Under the pieces are notes generated by a model, which worked only from the letters and a program-made list of their open reading frames with translations, did no database searches and was not told the DNA's origin. This document shows, one piece after another, positions 8,905-18,439 of a stretch of DNA of 64,000 nt. The stretch's first letter is position 1; every line of letters begins with the position of its first letter. The position numbers and the translations under genes are program-made. The DNA is from an uncultured Actinomycetes bacterium. Lineage in GTDB: Bacteria; Actinomycetota; JAICYB01. The stretch is taken from positions 51,050 through 115,049 of the forward strand of contig CAZLKN010000003.1 of assembly GCA_964560135.1 (NCBI GenBank), read 5' to 3'.

Positions 8905-9846
8905 CTACGGGCGTCCGGCCGGCGGGGTCGCCGGCGGTCCGGCATCGGGCTCGGCGGGGGCCCGCTGCCGTCCCTGTTCGCCGGCTTCGGATCCGGTCTG
9001 CTGACTCTGTCCGTGGCTCTGGCCCTGACCCGGCTGCTGATCCTGGCCCTGGCCCTGGTCGGGCTGCTGCCCCGGGCCCTGGTACCCGGGGGAGCCGGCC
9101 GGCGGGCCCGGCGACGTGGGGGGACCGGGTGCCTCATTCGAGTCCCCGGGATTCTCGGGGCGGCCGGGCGTAGCCGGTCTGCGGTCGAGGCCCGCTCCGG
9201 CCCGGGACACGGCCTCCCGTCCCTGACGGATGGCCATGTCGACCGCGTCGAGGGTCTGCTGGGGCACCAGACCGGACTCGGCGAGCGCCGCGCGGACGCC
9301 CTCCAGACGCTCGACATGGAGCATCACGCGCGAGGTCACGTGCACGCGGAGATCCTCCCGGGTCTCCGGATCGGCGTCCCCGACGGCCTGGAAGGTGGCG
9401 TCGATGGAGTCGGCGAGGTCGGCGATGAGGCGGGGGAGATGCTCGACGGTGCCCCGCTCCCGGATGGCGTCGATCTCCTCGAGCCGCTTGGCCGCCAGGG
9501 CGAGGTGCTTGTCGGCCCGGGCATCCGGGCTGCGGGCCAGGACGAGCTGAGCGCGTTCGAGACCCCGGTTGACGGGGTAGAGGATGTCGCCGGGGACGGT
9601 CCCCGAGGACGCGACGGCCATCGAGGGAGCACCGATCGTGAGCACCGCGGCCACGGCGACGGCCGCGACGCGGCGGCGCCTCCGGCGTACCAGCTGGGTC
9701 ACGCCCGCGCCGGAAACCCGGGCCCGCAGGAGCGCCTCGTGGCACGCGGCGATCTCGGGGGGCACCTCGGTCCGGAGGGCTAGCGTCAGCCTCTCGGCGA
9801 TGGCGCGGTCCTCGGGCTCGATCTCGTGGTTCGTCTGGTTGTCCAT
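8905..9846 (-). CDS. Anti-sigma factor with single transmembrane segment and Pro/Gln-rich low-complexity C-terminus
   Basis: Located directly downstream of the ECF sigma gene. Contains the hydrophobic stretch VAAVAVAAVLTIGAP and a periplasmic helical domain. The start is taken at MDNQTNHE so as not to overlap the sigma gene. Confidence 0.55.
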   Translation of the reverse strand: MDNQTNHEIEPEDRAIAERLTLALRTEVPPEIAACHEALLRARVSGAGVTQLVRRRRRRVAAVAVAAVLTIGAPSMAVASSGTVPGDILYPVNRGLERAQLVLARSPDARADKHLALAAKRLEEIDAIRERGTVEHLPRLIADLADSIDATFQAVGDADPETREDLRVHVTSRVMLHVERLEGVRAALAESGLVPQQTLDAVDMAIRQGREAVSRAGAGLDRRPATPGRPENPGDSNEAPGPPTSPGPPAGSPGYQGPGQQPDQGQGQDQQPGQGQSHGQSQQTGSEAGEQGRQRAPAEPDAGPPATPPAGRP

Positions 9847-9895
9847 CTGTAGGTTCGTCTCCTCAGCCACTAGAGCGCATGGGGGCCACGGGAGG

Positions 9896-10504
9896 TTACG
9901 CGCCGTTCCCACCGGTTTCGAGGCGGGTCTCCAGGGAGCGCAGCGCCCGATGCTGGAGCGCCTTCACGGCGCCGGGCGTCTTCCCGACGATCTCCGCGAC
10001 CTCTGCGATGGGCAGGTCGGCCACGAGCCGGAGCAGGAGGACCTCACGCTGTTCGGAGGAGAGATCCTCCATGATCTCGATGATGCGGTCGGTCTCGACC
10101 CGGGACAGTGCCTCATGGGCCGGGTCGGCGGAGGACTCCGGCAGCCGGCCGGCCTCTTCGGCCGCCTCCACGGACTCGTGGCGCCGCCGCGACTCCTTGC
10201 GGACGTGGTCGATGAAGGAGTTGCGTGCGATGCGGAACACCCATGCCCGGAAGCCCGACGGCGACCCCTCGAAGCGGCCGGCGCCCTCGATCACCTGGAG
10301 GAACACGTCGGCGGTCAGGTCCTGGGACCAGGTGGGGTCGCGGGTCTGGTTCAGCAGGTAGCCGTAAACCGGTCCGGACAGCACCCGGTAGGCGGTGATA
10401 ACGGCGTCGGAGTCACCTCGGCGGACGCCGTCCACCACCTCCTGGGAAAGCTCCTGGCGATCGGGCGCGTGATCAGGCATCGTCGGCGGAGGGAAGGCAA
10501 CCAT
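9896..10504 (-). CDS. ECF-type RNA polymerase sigma-70 factor
   Basis: Region 2 (VFRIARNSFIDHVRK) and region 4 (EQREVLLLRLVADLPIAEVAEIVGKTPGAVKALQHRALRSL). Confidence 0.85.
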   Translation of the reverse strand: MVAFPPPTMPDHAPDRQELSQEVVDGVRRGDSDAVITAYRVLSGPVYGYLLNQTRDPTWSQDLTADVFLQVIEGAGRFEGSPSGFRAWVFRIARNSFIDHVRKESRRRHESVEAAEEAGRLPESSADPAHEALSRVETDRIIEIMEDLSSEQREVLLLRLVADLPIAEVAEIVGKTPGAVKALQHRALRSLETRLETGGNGA

Positions 10505-10534
10505 CCTATACTGCGCTAGCCGTCCAAAGGATCT

Positions 10535-11947
10535 ATGACCGCAGACGAAGCACGTCCGGTGCCTGGGCTCGAAGACCTGCTCTCCTCCGCTGTGGAGCGG
10601 CAGGTCTCAGAGCAGCGGGAGCTCCAACAGGTTCTCTCGGGGATCCGAGAGGCCGTCGACGCGCTCCGCTCGGAGGCGGCCACGCCGCGCGAAGCCGCGG
10701 ACCCCGCGCTGCGGGAGCGGCTCGACGAGCTTCCCGGTGCGTTGTACCAGGGCGTCCGCGAGGCGCTGGCTCCGCAGTTCGCCGTCCCGCAGGCGCTCGA
10801 ACGTACCCTGGCGGAGCTCCGCGACCGGCTGGCCGCTACACCTGCCGAGGCGGATGGCCTCGAGGCCGCAGCGGTCGAGGAGATCGGTGGCCTCGTGAGA
10901 ACCGCGTCCCAGGACGTGCAGGCGCTGGCGCAGGCGATGCTCGACCTCAACGCCGGCCTGCGGGAGTGGGCCGGCGAGATCGAACAGCGTGTGGGGAGCC
11001 TCGGCCGCACGCTGGTGGAGGGGCTGCACGACCTGGCCGTCGCGCAGGAGGAGGCCCTGGGCTCCCTCGGTGGCGCGGTGACGAGCTCCACCGCCGAGCT
11101 CCGCAAGGACCTGCGCGGCGTCGTCCGCGACACCGCCCGCACGCTCGGCGACCGCCTCGACGGCGTGGACGAGCGGCTGGTGGAAGCCGGAGACCTGTCC
11201 CGCTACCTCCGGGACCAGACCGAGGACCTCGACCGCGTGCTCTCCGGACTCGGAGAGGTCCCGCAACGGCTCGAGGGCGTCGTCGCGCAGGCGCTGCGCC
11301 GGGCGCTCACGATCCGCGCGGGCCTCGTCCGTGAGGCGGAGAAGACCCTGGAGCGGGTTCTGTCTCCCGTCGAGGAGAAGCTCGACCGGCTGGTGACCTC
11401 GCTCGAGACGGTGGCGGAGTCGATGGAGCCCGGTCGCTTCGACGAGGAGCTCCAGACGCTGTCGGGCGGCCACGACGACATCCGGCAGGACGTCGAGGAA
11501 CGCATCGGCGGACTGGAGGAGGCGATCCTGGCCCGCCTCGAACGGCTCGAAGAGGACAGCGCCCGTCGTGACCGGGTGATCGCCGAGGCGCTCGACCGTG
11601 CCGCGGAGGGTCTGGAGCCCGGCGCCGCCGAGGCGATCGAGCCCGAGCCCCCGGCCAAACGCCCTCGCGGTTCCAGCCAGGGCAAAGGCAAGACCCAGAC
11701 CAAGGCCAAGAGCAAGAAGAAGGCGGCGCCGAGCAAGGGGAAGCGCTCGTCGGGGGCCAAGGCCGCGTCGTCGGCGAGCAAGAAGCGTTCATCCAAGAAG
11801 AAGGGGACGGCCGCGAAGCGCTCATCCCGGTCCAAGTCGACGAAGAGCTCGTCGGCCAAGGCCCAGGAGGACACGTCCGCCTCCGGCGGTAGCGGGCGCC
11901 GTAGCCGCAGGACGACCACCCGCACCCGCAACTTCATCCCCGTCTAA
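10535..11947 (+). CDS. Hypothetical long alpha-helical/coiled-coil protein with lysine/serine-rich histone-H1-like C-terminal tail
   Basis: 470 aa, rich in E/R/L/A heptad-like helices. The C-terminal roughly 100 aa are a basic tail (KGKTQTKAKSKKKAAPSKGKRSSGAKAASSASKKRSSKKKGTAAKRSSRSKSTKSS). Divergent from the ECF sigma gene with only a 30-bp spacer. Confidence 0.6.
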   Translation: MTADEARPVPGLEDLLSSAVERQVSEQRELQQVLSGIREAVDALRSEAATPREAADPALRERLDELPGALYQGVREALAPQFAVPQALERTLAELRDRLAATPAEADGLEAAAVEEIGGLVRTASQDVQALAQAMLDLNAGLREWAGEIEQRVGSLGRTLVEGLHDLAVAQEEALGSLGGAVTSSTAELRKDLRGVVRDTARTLGDRLDGVDERLVEAGDLSRYLRDQTEDLDRVLSGLGEVPQRLEGVVAQALRRALTIRAGLVREAEKTLERVLSPVEEKLDRLVTSLETVAESMEPGRFDEELQTLSGGHDDIRQDVEERIGGLEEAILARLERLEEDSARRDRVIAEALDRAAEGLEPGAAEAIEPEPPAKRPRGSSQGKGKTQTKAKSKKKAAPSKGKRSSGAKAASSASKKRSSKKKGTAAKRSSRSKSTKSSSAKAQEDTSASGGSGRRSRRTTTRTRNFIPV

Positions 11948-11950
11948 CCC

Positions 11951-14900
11951 ATGGCCGGACCGTCGATCCTGGCGATCCTCGTTGCGCACGGTTCCGCCAC
12001 GCGACTGGGCGACGTGCTGGCCGCGCTGAAGGAGCAGTCCCGCCCCGTCCGCCTGGTCGTGGCGGCGCTGGGGGACGTGCGGCTTCCGGACACCGGGCCC
12101 CCGGTCGACCGGGTGGTCGAGCTCCCCGCGGGAACCGCCTTCGGCCACGCCGTGAACCATGCGGTGGAGGCCGCCGGGGGAGACGAGCCCTACCTGCTGA
12201 TCGTCCAGGACGACGCGGCTCCCGCTCCCGATGTCGCGGAGCTGCTGCTCGAACGGGCGTCCGCCTCCTCGGACGTGGCCGCCGTCGGGGCCAAGCTGGT
12301 GTCGTGGGACGATCCCCAGCTCCTCCAGGAGGTCGGCGGCTCGATCGACCGGTTCGCCGTCCGGCGGACCGGGCTGGACGCCGAAGAGGTCGACCACGGC
12401 CAGCACGACGGCACCGCCGACGTCTTGTTCTGCTCCGCCGCCTGCCTGCTCCTCCGGCGGGATGCCTTCCGCGAGGCGGGTGGCTTCGACCCTGCGATGT
12501 GGCCCCTGTACGAGGACGTGGACCTCGGCTGGCGGCTTCGCTCGGTCGGCGCCCGCGTGGTCGTGGAGCCACGTGCGCGCGTCCGGCACGCCGCCGCGAT
12601 GTCGAGCGGGACCCGGCGGGCCGCGGGTCCCGAGTTCGGCACCGTCGCCCTGCGCGTCCACGCCGAGCGGGGGCGCCTGCGCTTCATGTTGAAGAACTAC
12701 CGTCCGTTGTCGCTGGCGTTGATCGTCCCCCAGTACCTGCTGGTGGCGCTGGGCACGGTCGTCTTCGGTCTCGCGCGGCGGGAGTTCTGGCGGATCCGGG
12801 TGCTGCTCACGGCGTGGCTGCGGATCGCCCGCGACCTCCCGGCGGTGCTCGACGCGCGGCGCAGCCTCCCCGAGGGTTCGGTGGACGACCGGGAGCTCCT
12901 CCAGCTCGCGTCGCGGCGGGCCCTTGCCGAGCGGCGCTACGAGCGCGTGGCGACGGTCGCCGGCGTCATGGAGAGCTTCGAGCGGCTGGAGGAGCGGATC
13001 CGCGTTTCCCTGCGCGATCCGGTCGTGTGGACGGGGATCCTCGCACTCGTGGTGCTCGTGCTCGCCCTGCGGTCCTTCATCTTCGCCGGCACCTTCACCC
13101 TCGGTGAGCTCCGGCCGTTCCCCCGGCTGGGTGGGGCGTTGTCGGCGTACCTTGCACGGCTGCGGCCCGAGGGATTCGACCTCGCGACGCCTGCCGGTCC
13201 GGGACTCGTGGTCCTCGGAGCGCTGCGGTCGCTGGTCGGCGGCAGTGCGGCACTGGCACAGAAGCTCGTCCTGCTGCTGCCGCTGATCGCGGCGGGCTTC
13301 GGGGCCGTCCGGCTCGGCTGGGTGCTGGGGATCGGCGGCCGTGGACGGCGGTGGGTGGCGCTGTTGGGGATGGTGAACCCCGTCACCCTCGTGCTTCTCC
13401 GCGAGGGGGCTGTCGGGGGCCTCGTGATCTGGTCGGCGTCGATGTGGGCGGCGGCCTCATTGCTCGTCCCGCCCCCGGAAGACGAGGACGGACGGGAGCG
13501 GTGGCGGCGGCGGTCGCGCTGGGCGCTCGGATGGGGACTCGTCGGAGCGCTCCACCCGCCGGGGGTGGTGTGGCTGGCCGTGCTGGGACTCGCCGCCACG
13601 GTGGCGCGGACCGGTGACGGTGGAACGCGCCACCGGCTGCGCCTGATCGGCATCGGTTTCGGCGGCGCGGTGGCGCTTTCGTTGCCGTGGTCGCTGACCT
13701 GGTTCACGCTGCGGTCGCCGCTGATCGGACGGGCCCCCGGGACGGTGGTCGCCGACCCGGGCGGCTTCGCCGGGGCGGTGCTCGGCGGCGGGTGGCCGTG
13801 GGCGCTGTGGACGGGTATCGCGCTCGCCGCCGTGTACCTCGTGGGCCTCACGCGCACCACCGTGGCGCTGATCGGACTCGCGGGGTTCGTCTGGCTCGGC
13901 GGGACGGTGGGCTTCGTGCCCCGCAGCAGCGCCCTGGCCGCAGCGGGCTGGTGCACGCTCGCACTGCTGGCCTTCGTGACCCGCAGGGTCTCCGATGAGC
14001 TCCCCACCTACGCCCTGGGGGCCAGGCACGCGGCGGTGATCGGCACAGCCGTGGTCGTGGGCGTCGCCTGGGCCGGAGGAGCGCTCGCCGGGGTGCAGGC
14101 CGGTGCACCCGCCCGGACCGTGCCTGTGGTGTTGGCCGAACAGCAGGCCACCGGCCGGGTGCTCTGGGTCGCCGAGGCGGGACCGGGGTTGTCCACCTGG
14201 GCCACCGACGGCTTCACCGAGGAGCTGACGGCGTTCCCGACCGGCGACGGTCCGGAAGCCCGGCTGGTCGCCCAAGCGTTGCGGGCGGCGCGGGAGGCCA
14301 GGACCCACCGGCTCGGGGGCATCCTGGCGCTCACCAACGTCTCCCACGTGGTCGCCCTGGACCGCACGGCGAACCGCGGTCTCGAGGGGCAGGCGGACCT
14401 GTCGCCACAGGAGGAGCAGGCCGGGGCGGTCGTCTACCGCAACGACGCCTGGGCCGGACCCGCGATCCTGATGGCGGATGAACCCAGCGACCCGCTGAGC
14501 CCCCAGGGTCTCGCGGACGTCGTCCGCGAGATGGGCGGCATCGAGGCCTCGGTGTCCGACGACCGGCTCGCCGTCACCGTGCCGGAGGACGCCGTCGGCG
14601 TCGTGTATCTCGCCGTGGGGGCACGGTCGGGCTGGAGCGTCGGGGCCGTGGACGGGACCCCGGCCGCCGCGGGCGTGTGGGTCCCCGCCGGCCGGCTCGA
14701 GGGCCGCACGGTCGCGTCGCCGCCGCTCGGCTGGACGCGCCTCCTGTACCCCGTGCAGGCCATGCTGCTGCTGACACTGGTGGTGCTGTGGCTCGGGGCT
14801 GTGTACCTGACGGGTCCCGAGGCCGTCCGGCGGCGGCACGGAGCCGCCCTCGACCTGCGTCCGCCCGGCCTGCCCAGGCCGGCGCTCGTGCTCCCGGCGC

Positions 14901-16126
14901 TCGGCCTCGTCGCAGCCGCATGGGTGGGGTGGGGGGCGCCGGTGGCCCGCGCGGCCGAACCCTTCCTGTCGGCGGCGTGGTACTGCCCACCCGCCGGCGA
15001 GAACTTCCAGCAACGGATCGCCGTCGCCAATCCCGGCCGGAGCCGCGTGCCGTACGCGATCCGCACCCACTTGGCGGCGGCGCCGACGGAGTCCGGCGTC
15101 CTGTCCGGCCGGGGGCGCGCCACCTTCGAGGCCGATCCGGAGGAGGGGACCGTCGTGGAGACCTACGGTCGTCGCGTCGTCGTCGCCTCCGAGGTGACCC
15201 GTGGCGACAACACGGATGCCTCGCTGTGCGCCCAAGCCGCATCCGCCACCAACCTGTTCCCCGAGGGCGGACGCTTCGCGCTCCGTGCCGTCCCCCGTCT
15301 GTTCGAGGCGTACGTGCTCTACAACCCGTACCCGGACCTCGCCCGTGCCGCGGTGCGCTTCATCTCGCCCGACGAGACGATCGCTCCTCCGGCGCTCGCG
15401 GACCTCCGCATCGAGCCCGGCGGCTACCGCGTGATCACCCCGGAGGCGGAGTTCGAGCCGATGCTCGATCTCTCCGCCGAGGTCACCGTCTGGCAGGGTC
15501 GGGCGATCGTCGCCCGGCGGCTGCGAACCGAGGAGGATCTGTCGTGGTCGATGCCCACCGAGCCGGTCAGTGCAGGGGTCCTTCCGCGTGCCGCCACCCG
15601 GGGTGCCACGACGATGCTCATGGCCGTGAACCCCGGAGACCGCCCGGTGCAGATCTCGCTGCTCATGCTGGGCGAGGAGGGGACCCTTCCCAGGCAGACC
15701 TTCGAGGTCGACGCTCGCAGCAGGGTGTCCTTCGATCTGGGGGACGTGGCGCCCGACCTGCCCGGCATGATCGCGCGGGTGACCGCAGCGCGGCCCCTGG
15801 CGATCGAGAGTCTCGTCGTCCCCGATGACCGGGCCGCCGTCTCGGTGATGCCTCCGCTGCGCCCGGCCTCGAGATGGGCGCTGCCGATCGGAGAGGACCG
15901 CGCGCTGCTCGTCGCCAACCCCGGCAACACGGCCGTCCGCGTCGAGATCGAGCGACTCGGGCCCGGCGGCGCCATCCGGCCGATGACCGTCGGCCCCGGA
16001 CAGATGGAGGCCGTGGCGCTGCAGGGCAGCCAGCCGTTCGGGCTCCTGCTGCGGGTGCGGGGCGGGGCCGTGACCGCCGCGGTGGTCGGGCCCAAGGGCA
16101 CCGTCCCGGGCCTCCCGCTCGACTGA
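11951..16126 (+). CDS. Very large (1391 aa) multidomain glycosyltransferase: N-terminal GT2 (GT-A) domain, polytopic membrane domain, large C-terminal domain
   Basis: GT2 motifs (LLIVQDDAAP, YEDVDLGWRLR) in residues 1-230. Residues about 240-700 contain more than 10 hydrophobic helices. The roughly 690-aa C-terminal region is non-hydrophobic. Codon usage is coding-like throughout. Confidence 0.7.
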   Translation: MAGPSILAILVAHGSATRLGDVLAALKEQSRPVRLVVAALGDVRLPDTGPPVDRVVELPAGTAFGHAVNHAVEAAGGDEPYLLIVQDDAAPAPDVAELLLERASASSDVAAVGAKLVSWDDPQLLQEVGGSIDRFAVRRTGLDAEEVDHGQHDGTADVLFCSAACLLLRRDAFREAGGFDPAMWPLYEDVDLGWRLRSVGARVVVEPRARVRHAAAMSSGTRRAAGPEFGTVALRVHAERGRLRFMLKNYRPLSLALIVPQYLLVALGTVVFGLARREFWRIRVLLTAWLRIARDLPAVLDARRSLPEGSVDDRELLQLASRRALAERRYERVATVAGVMESFERLEERIRVSLRDPVVWTGILALVVLVLALRSFIFAGTFTLGELRPFPRLGGALSAYLARLRPEGFDLATPAGPGLVVLGALRSLVGGSAALAQKLVLLLPLIAAGFGAVRLGWVLGIGGRGRRWVALLGMVNPVTLVLLREGAVGGLVIWSASMWAAASLLVPPPEDEDGRERWRRRSRWALGWGLVGALHPPGVVWLAVLGLAATVARTGDGGTRHRLRLIGIGFGGAVALSLPWSLTWFTLRSPLIGRAPGTVVADPGGFAGAVLGGGWPWALWTGIALAAVYLVGLTRTTVALIGLAGFVWLGGTVGFVPRSSALAAAGWCTLALLAFVTRRVSDELPTYALGARHAAVIGTAVVVGVAWAGGALAGVQAGAPARTVPVVLAEQQATGRVLWVAEAGPGLSTWATDGFTEELTAFPTGDGPEARLVAQALRAAREARTHRLGGILALTNVSHVVALDRTANRGLEGQADLSPQEEQAGAVVYRNDAWAGPAILMADEPSDPLSPQGLADVVREMGGIEASVSDDRLAVTVPEDAVGVVYLAVGARSGWSVGAVDGTPAAAGVWVPAGRLEGRTVASPPLGWTRLLYPVQAMLLLTLVVLWLGAVYLTGPEAVRRRHGAALDLRPPGLPRPALVLPALGLVAAAWVGWGAPVARAAEPFLSAAWYCPPAGENFQQRIAVANPGRSRVPYAIRTHLAAAPTESGVLSGRGRATFEADPEEGTVVETYGRRVVVASEVTRGDNTDASLCAQAASATNLFPEGGRFALRAVPRLFEAYVLYNPYPDLARAAVRFISPDETIAPPALADLRIEPGGYRVITPEAEFEPMLDLSAEVTVWQGRAIVARRLRTEEDLSWSMPTEPVSAGVLPRAATRGATTMLMAVNPGDRPVQISLLMLGEEGTLPRQTFEVDARSRVSFDLGDVAPDLPGMIARVTAARPLAIESLVVPDDRAAVSVMPPLRPASRWALPIGEDRALLVANPGNTAVRVEIERLGPGGAIRPMTVGPGQMEAVALQGSQPFGLLLRVRGGAVTAAVVGPKGTVPGLPLD

Positions 16127-16169
16127 ACGGATCACCCACGTGCGGGCGACCGTCCGGCATCGGAGTGGG

Positions 16170-17014
16170 TCAGTTTGCCTGCACTCCCGCAGCCGGAGCC
16201 TCGGGCTCCTCCTCGGCGGGCTTGGGTTGAGGGTGCTCTTTCGCCTCTAGAAGCTCCACGATCCCCCTGATCGTCCAGGCATGGTCGGCTACACCAGCCG
16301 CCACGGCGGGGGTCGTGCCGAGCGTTTGGTGGATCCTGACGAAGTTGTAGTGCATGAAGTGCAGGCTCACCGCGTGTGTCAGGTTCTCGATCCTCTTCGA
16401 GAAGGCACTGGTCAGGCGGGTGAACAGCCGCATCCCCATCCGCATGATGAGGTTCTGCCACTCGACGTAGCTCGTGTTTATATGGGCAGGGTCGGGGTCA
16501 CCGAAGATCGGAATCTCCTGAACTCCAGTGCAGCGGGACGGTGAGTACCGCCGTTGTTCTTCATTGGACGGGCTCCCGTAAAGCTTGACGAGCATGGCGT
16601 AGTCCACGTCGTTTCCCGAACATGCCCTCGACGGCGGTGAGGTAGGGCCGGTGCCCATCGGTGTCAACTGGACCCGGTGGGCCAACCGTTGACACAACGC
16701 CATGATGAAGGCAACGGCGTCAGTGGTATGACGCTCTCCGATCAGCCAGGCGGGGACGAGCTTGGTGTCAGCGTCGAGGGCCGTCCAGGTTCATGCGGCC
16801 CTGTATCCGAAGGTGCCCTTGTGCTGCTCGGGGACGTTCTTCTGCTTCGCGTAGGAGAATGACCAAGCCTCGTCGCACTGGAGGCACTCGCAGGTGAGCC
16901 CCCCGGAGCCGTTCGATCCTGGTAGCCGTCGCAGACGGATCCAAGGTCGGCCAGGAGCTCGACGACGGTGTTATTTGCCACGCCGGTCACGTGGACGGCT
17001 GGCCGGATGCTCAT
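16170..17014 (-). mobile_element. IS1-family transposase remnant (C-terminal DDE fragment plus frameshifted upstream pieces)
   Basis: 16170..16703 (-) encodes ...ISTSYVEWQNLIMRMGMRLFTRLTSAFSKRIENLTHAVSLHFMHYNF..., matching the IS1 InsB-type C-terminal motif (ERNNLNLRQ...FSKS.E.H). There is no intact N-terminus; the fragments continue upstream in other frames. GC content drops locally. Confidence 0.6.
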
Positions 17015-17177
17015 GCCCTCGACAAGACATCCACGACCCTTGTGCCCGACGCTCCCCTCTGAGGCGATTCATACTGAACATTACGCTCGTGGCGACAGCG
17101 ACTTCCAGTCGCTACCCTAAATTTAGCTGTTCTGCTATACTCTACTCCGTTCGAAGGAGATTTAGTGGGAGGCCTAA

Positions 17178-18419
17178 GTGATGGCGGAAGTCAAGTTCAA
17201 GAACCCGTATCGGCCGGGCGCGGGACACATGCCGCCCTACCTCGCTGGACGCGAGGAGGAGTTCAAGGAGTTCGCCCGCCTGCTAGAGCAGGACACGATC
17301 CTCGAGAACATGGTGCTCACCGGCCTGCGAGGCGTTGGGAAGACGGTACTGCTTGAGCGCTTCAAGCCGCTCGCCATGGAGTCAGGTTGGCTGTGGGTGG
17401 GAGCCGACCTGTCTGAGTCGGCAAGCATCAGTGAGGAGGCTATCGCCACGCGGCTTCTCGCGGATCTAGCGGTCGCCACGTCGGGATTCGAGACCGACAT
17501 AGACGTTGAGGAGAGATCGCCGGGCTTTTCAGCAACCCCAACCAGGACATCAAAGATGTCCCTATCCCATGGCGTGCTGGAAGCGGTCTACAGCCAAACT
17601 CCGGGCTTGGTCCTCGACAAGCTAAAGGCCGTACTTGAGTTCGTATTCAACGTTGTTGATCGACACGGTCGTAAGCGAATAATCTTCGCCTACGATGAAG
17701 CACAAAACCTCTCCGACCACGCACATAAAGACGAATTTCCCTTGTCCCTTCTTCTCGACGTATTCCAGTCATTACAGCGGAAGAATATCCCCTTCATGCT
17801 GATCCTAACCGGCCTTCCCACGCTATTCCCGAAGCTTGTGGAGGCGCGCACGTTCTCCGAGCGCATGTTCAGGGTCGTTATGCTGGGCCGGCTCGACCGC
17901 AAGGGCAGTGAGGATGCCATCCTCAAACCAATTGAGACTGCGAACTGCCCCGTGCGCTTTGATGAACAGTCTGTCGGGGTGGTGTGTGACCAGTCGGGTG
18001 GCTATCCCTACTTCATCCAGTTCATCTGTCGTGAAGTTTTTGACGTGTTCATCCAACAAACGTCAGAGAACGAAGCGGCCAGTGTCCCCGTCGATGCGAT
18101 TCAGCAGAAGTTGGATACAGACTTCTTCTCCGGCCGCTGGGGCAAGGCTACCGACCGGCAACGCCACCTTCTTTGGGTAATAGCGACACTCGGAAAAGAC
18201 GACGAGGAGTTCACCATCCAGCAGATCGTCGCACAGAGCAAGCACTTGCCTGGAAAGAGCTTCTCCTCAAGTCACGTCAACCAGATGCTGGCCAGCCTCA
18301 GCGATCAGGGGCTAATCTATAAGAACAGGTTCGGTAAGTACTCGTTTGCTGTCCCTCTGCTCGCTGGGTTCATTCAGAGGACCTACGAGCGGTCCATCGA
18401 GAGCGTGCAGCCTTCCTAG
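17178..18419 (+). CDS. AAA+ ATPase of the archaeal-ATPase (Arch_ATPase/AAA_16-like) family
   Basis: Walker A (GLRGVGKT) and Walker B (IIFAYDEAQ). N-terminal FKNPYRPGAGHMPPYLAGREEEF is typical of PF01637-type ATPases. Lies in the lower-GC insertion, with an AT-rich upstream region containing TATACT. The start is GTG 17178 or ATG 17181. Confidence 0.75.
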   Translation: MMAEVKFKNPYRPGAGHMPPYLAGREEEFKEFARLLEQDTILENMVLTGLRGVGKTVLLERFKPLAMESGWLWVGADLSESASISEEAIATRLLADLAVATSGFETDIDVEERSPGFSATPTRTSKMSLSHGVLEAVYSQTPGLVLDKLKAVLEFVFNVVDRHGRKRIIFAYDEAQNLSDHAHKDEFPLSLLLDVFQSLQRKNIPFMLILTGLPTLFPKLVEARTFSERMFRVVMLGRLDRKGSEDAILKPIETANCPVRFDEQSVGVVCDQSGGYPYFIQFICREVFDVFIQQTSENEAASVPVDAIQQKLDTDFFSGRWGKATDRQRHLLWVIATLGKDDEEFTIQQIVAQSKHLPGKSFSSSHVNQMLASLSDQGLIYKNRFGKYSFAVPLLAGFIQRTYERSIESVQPS

Positions 18420-18439
18420 CTATCTCGCGCCGACGCTCC

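Noticed and set aside
13457-16135. 892-aa minus-strand ORF
   Set aside because: Antisense to the 1391-aa glycosyltransferase. Low-complexity R/G/P-rich translation and no motifs.
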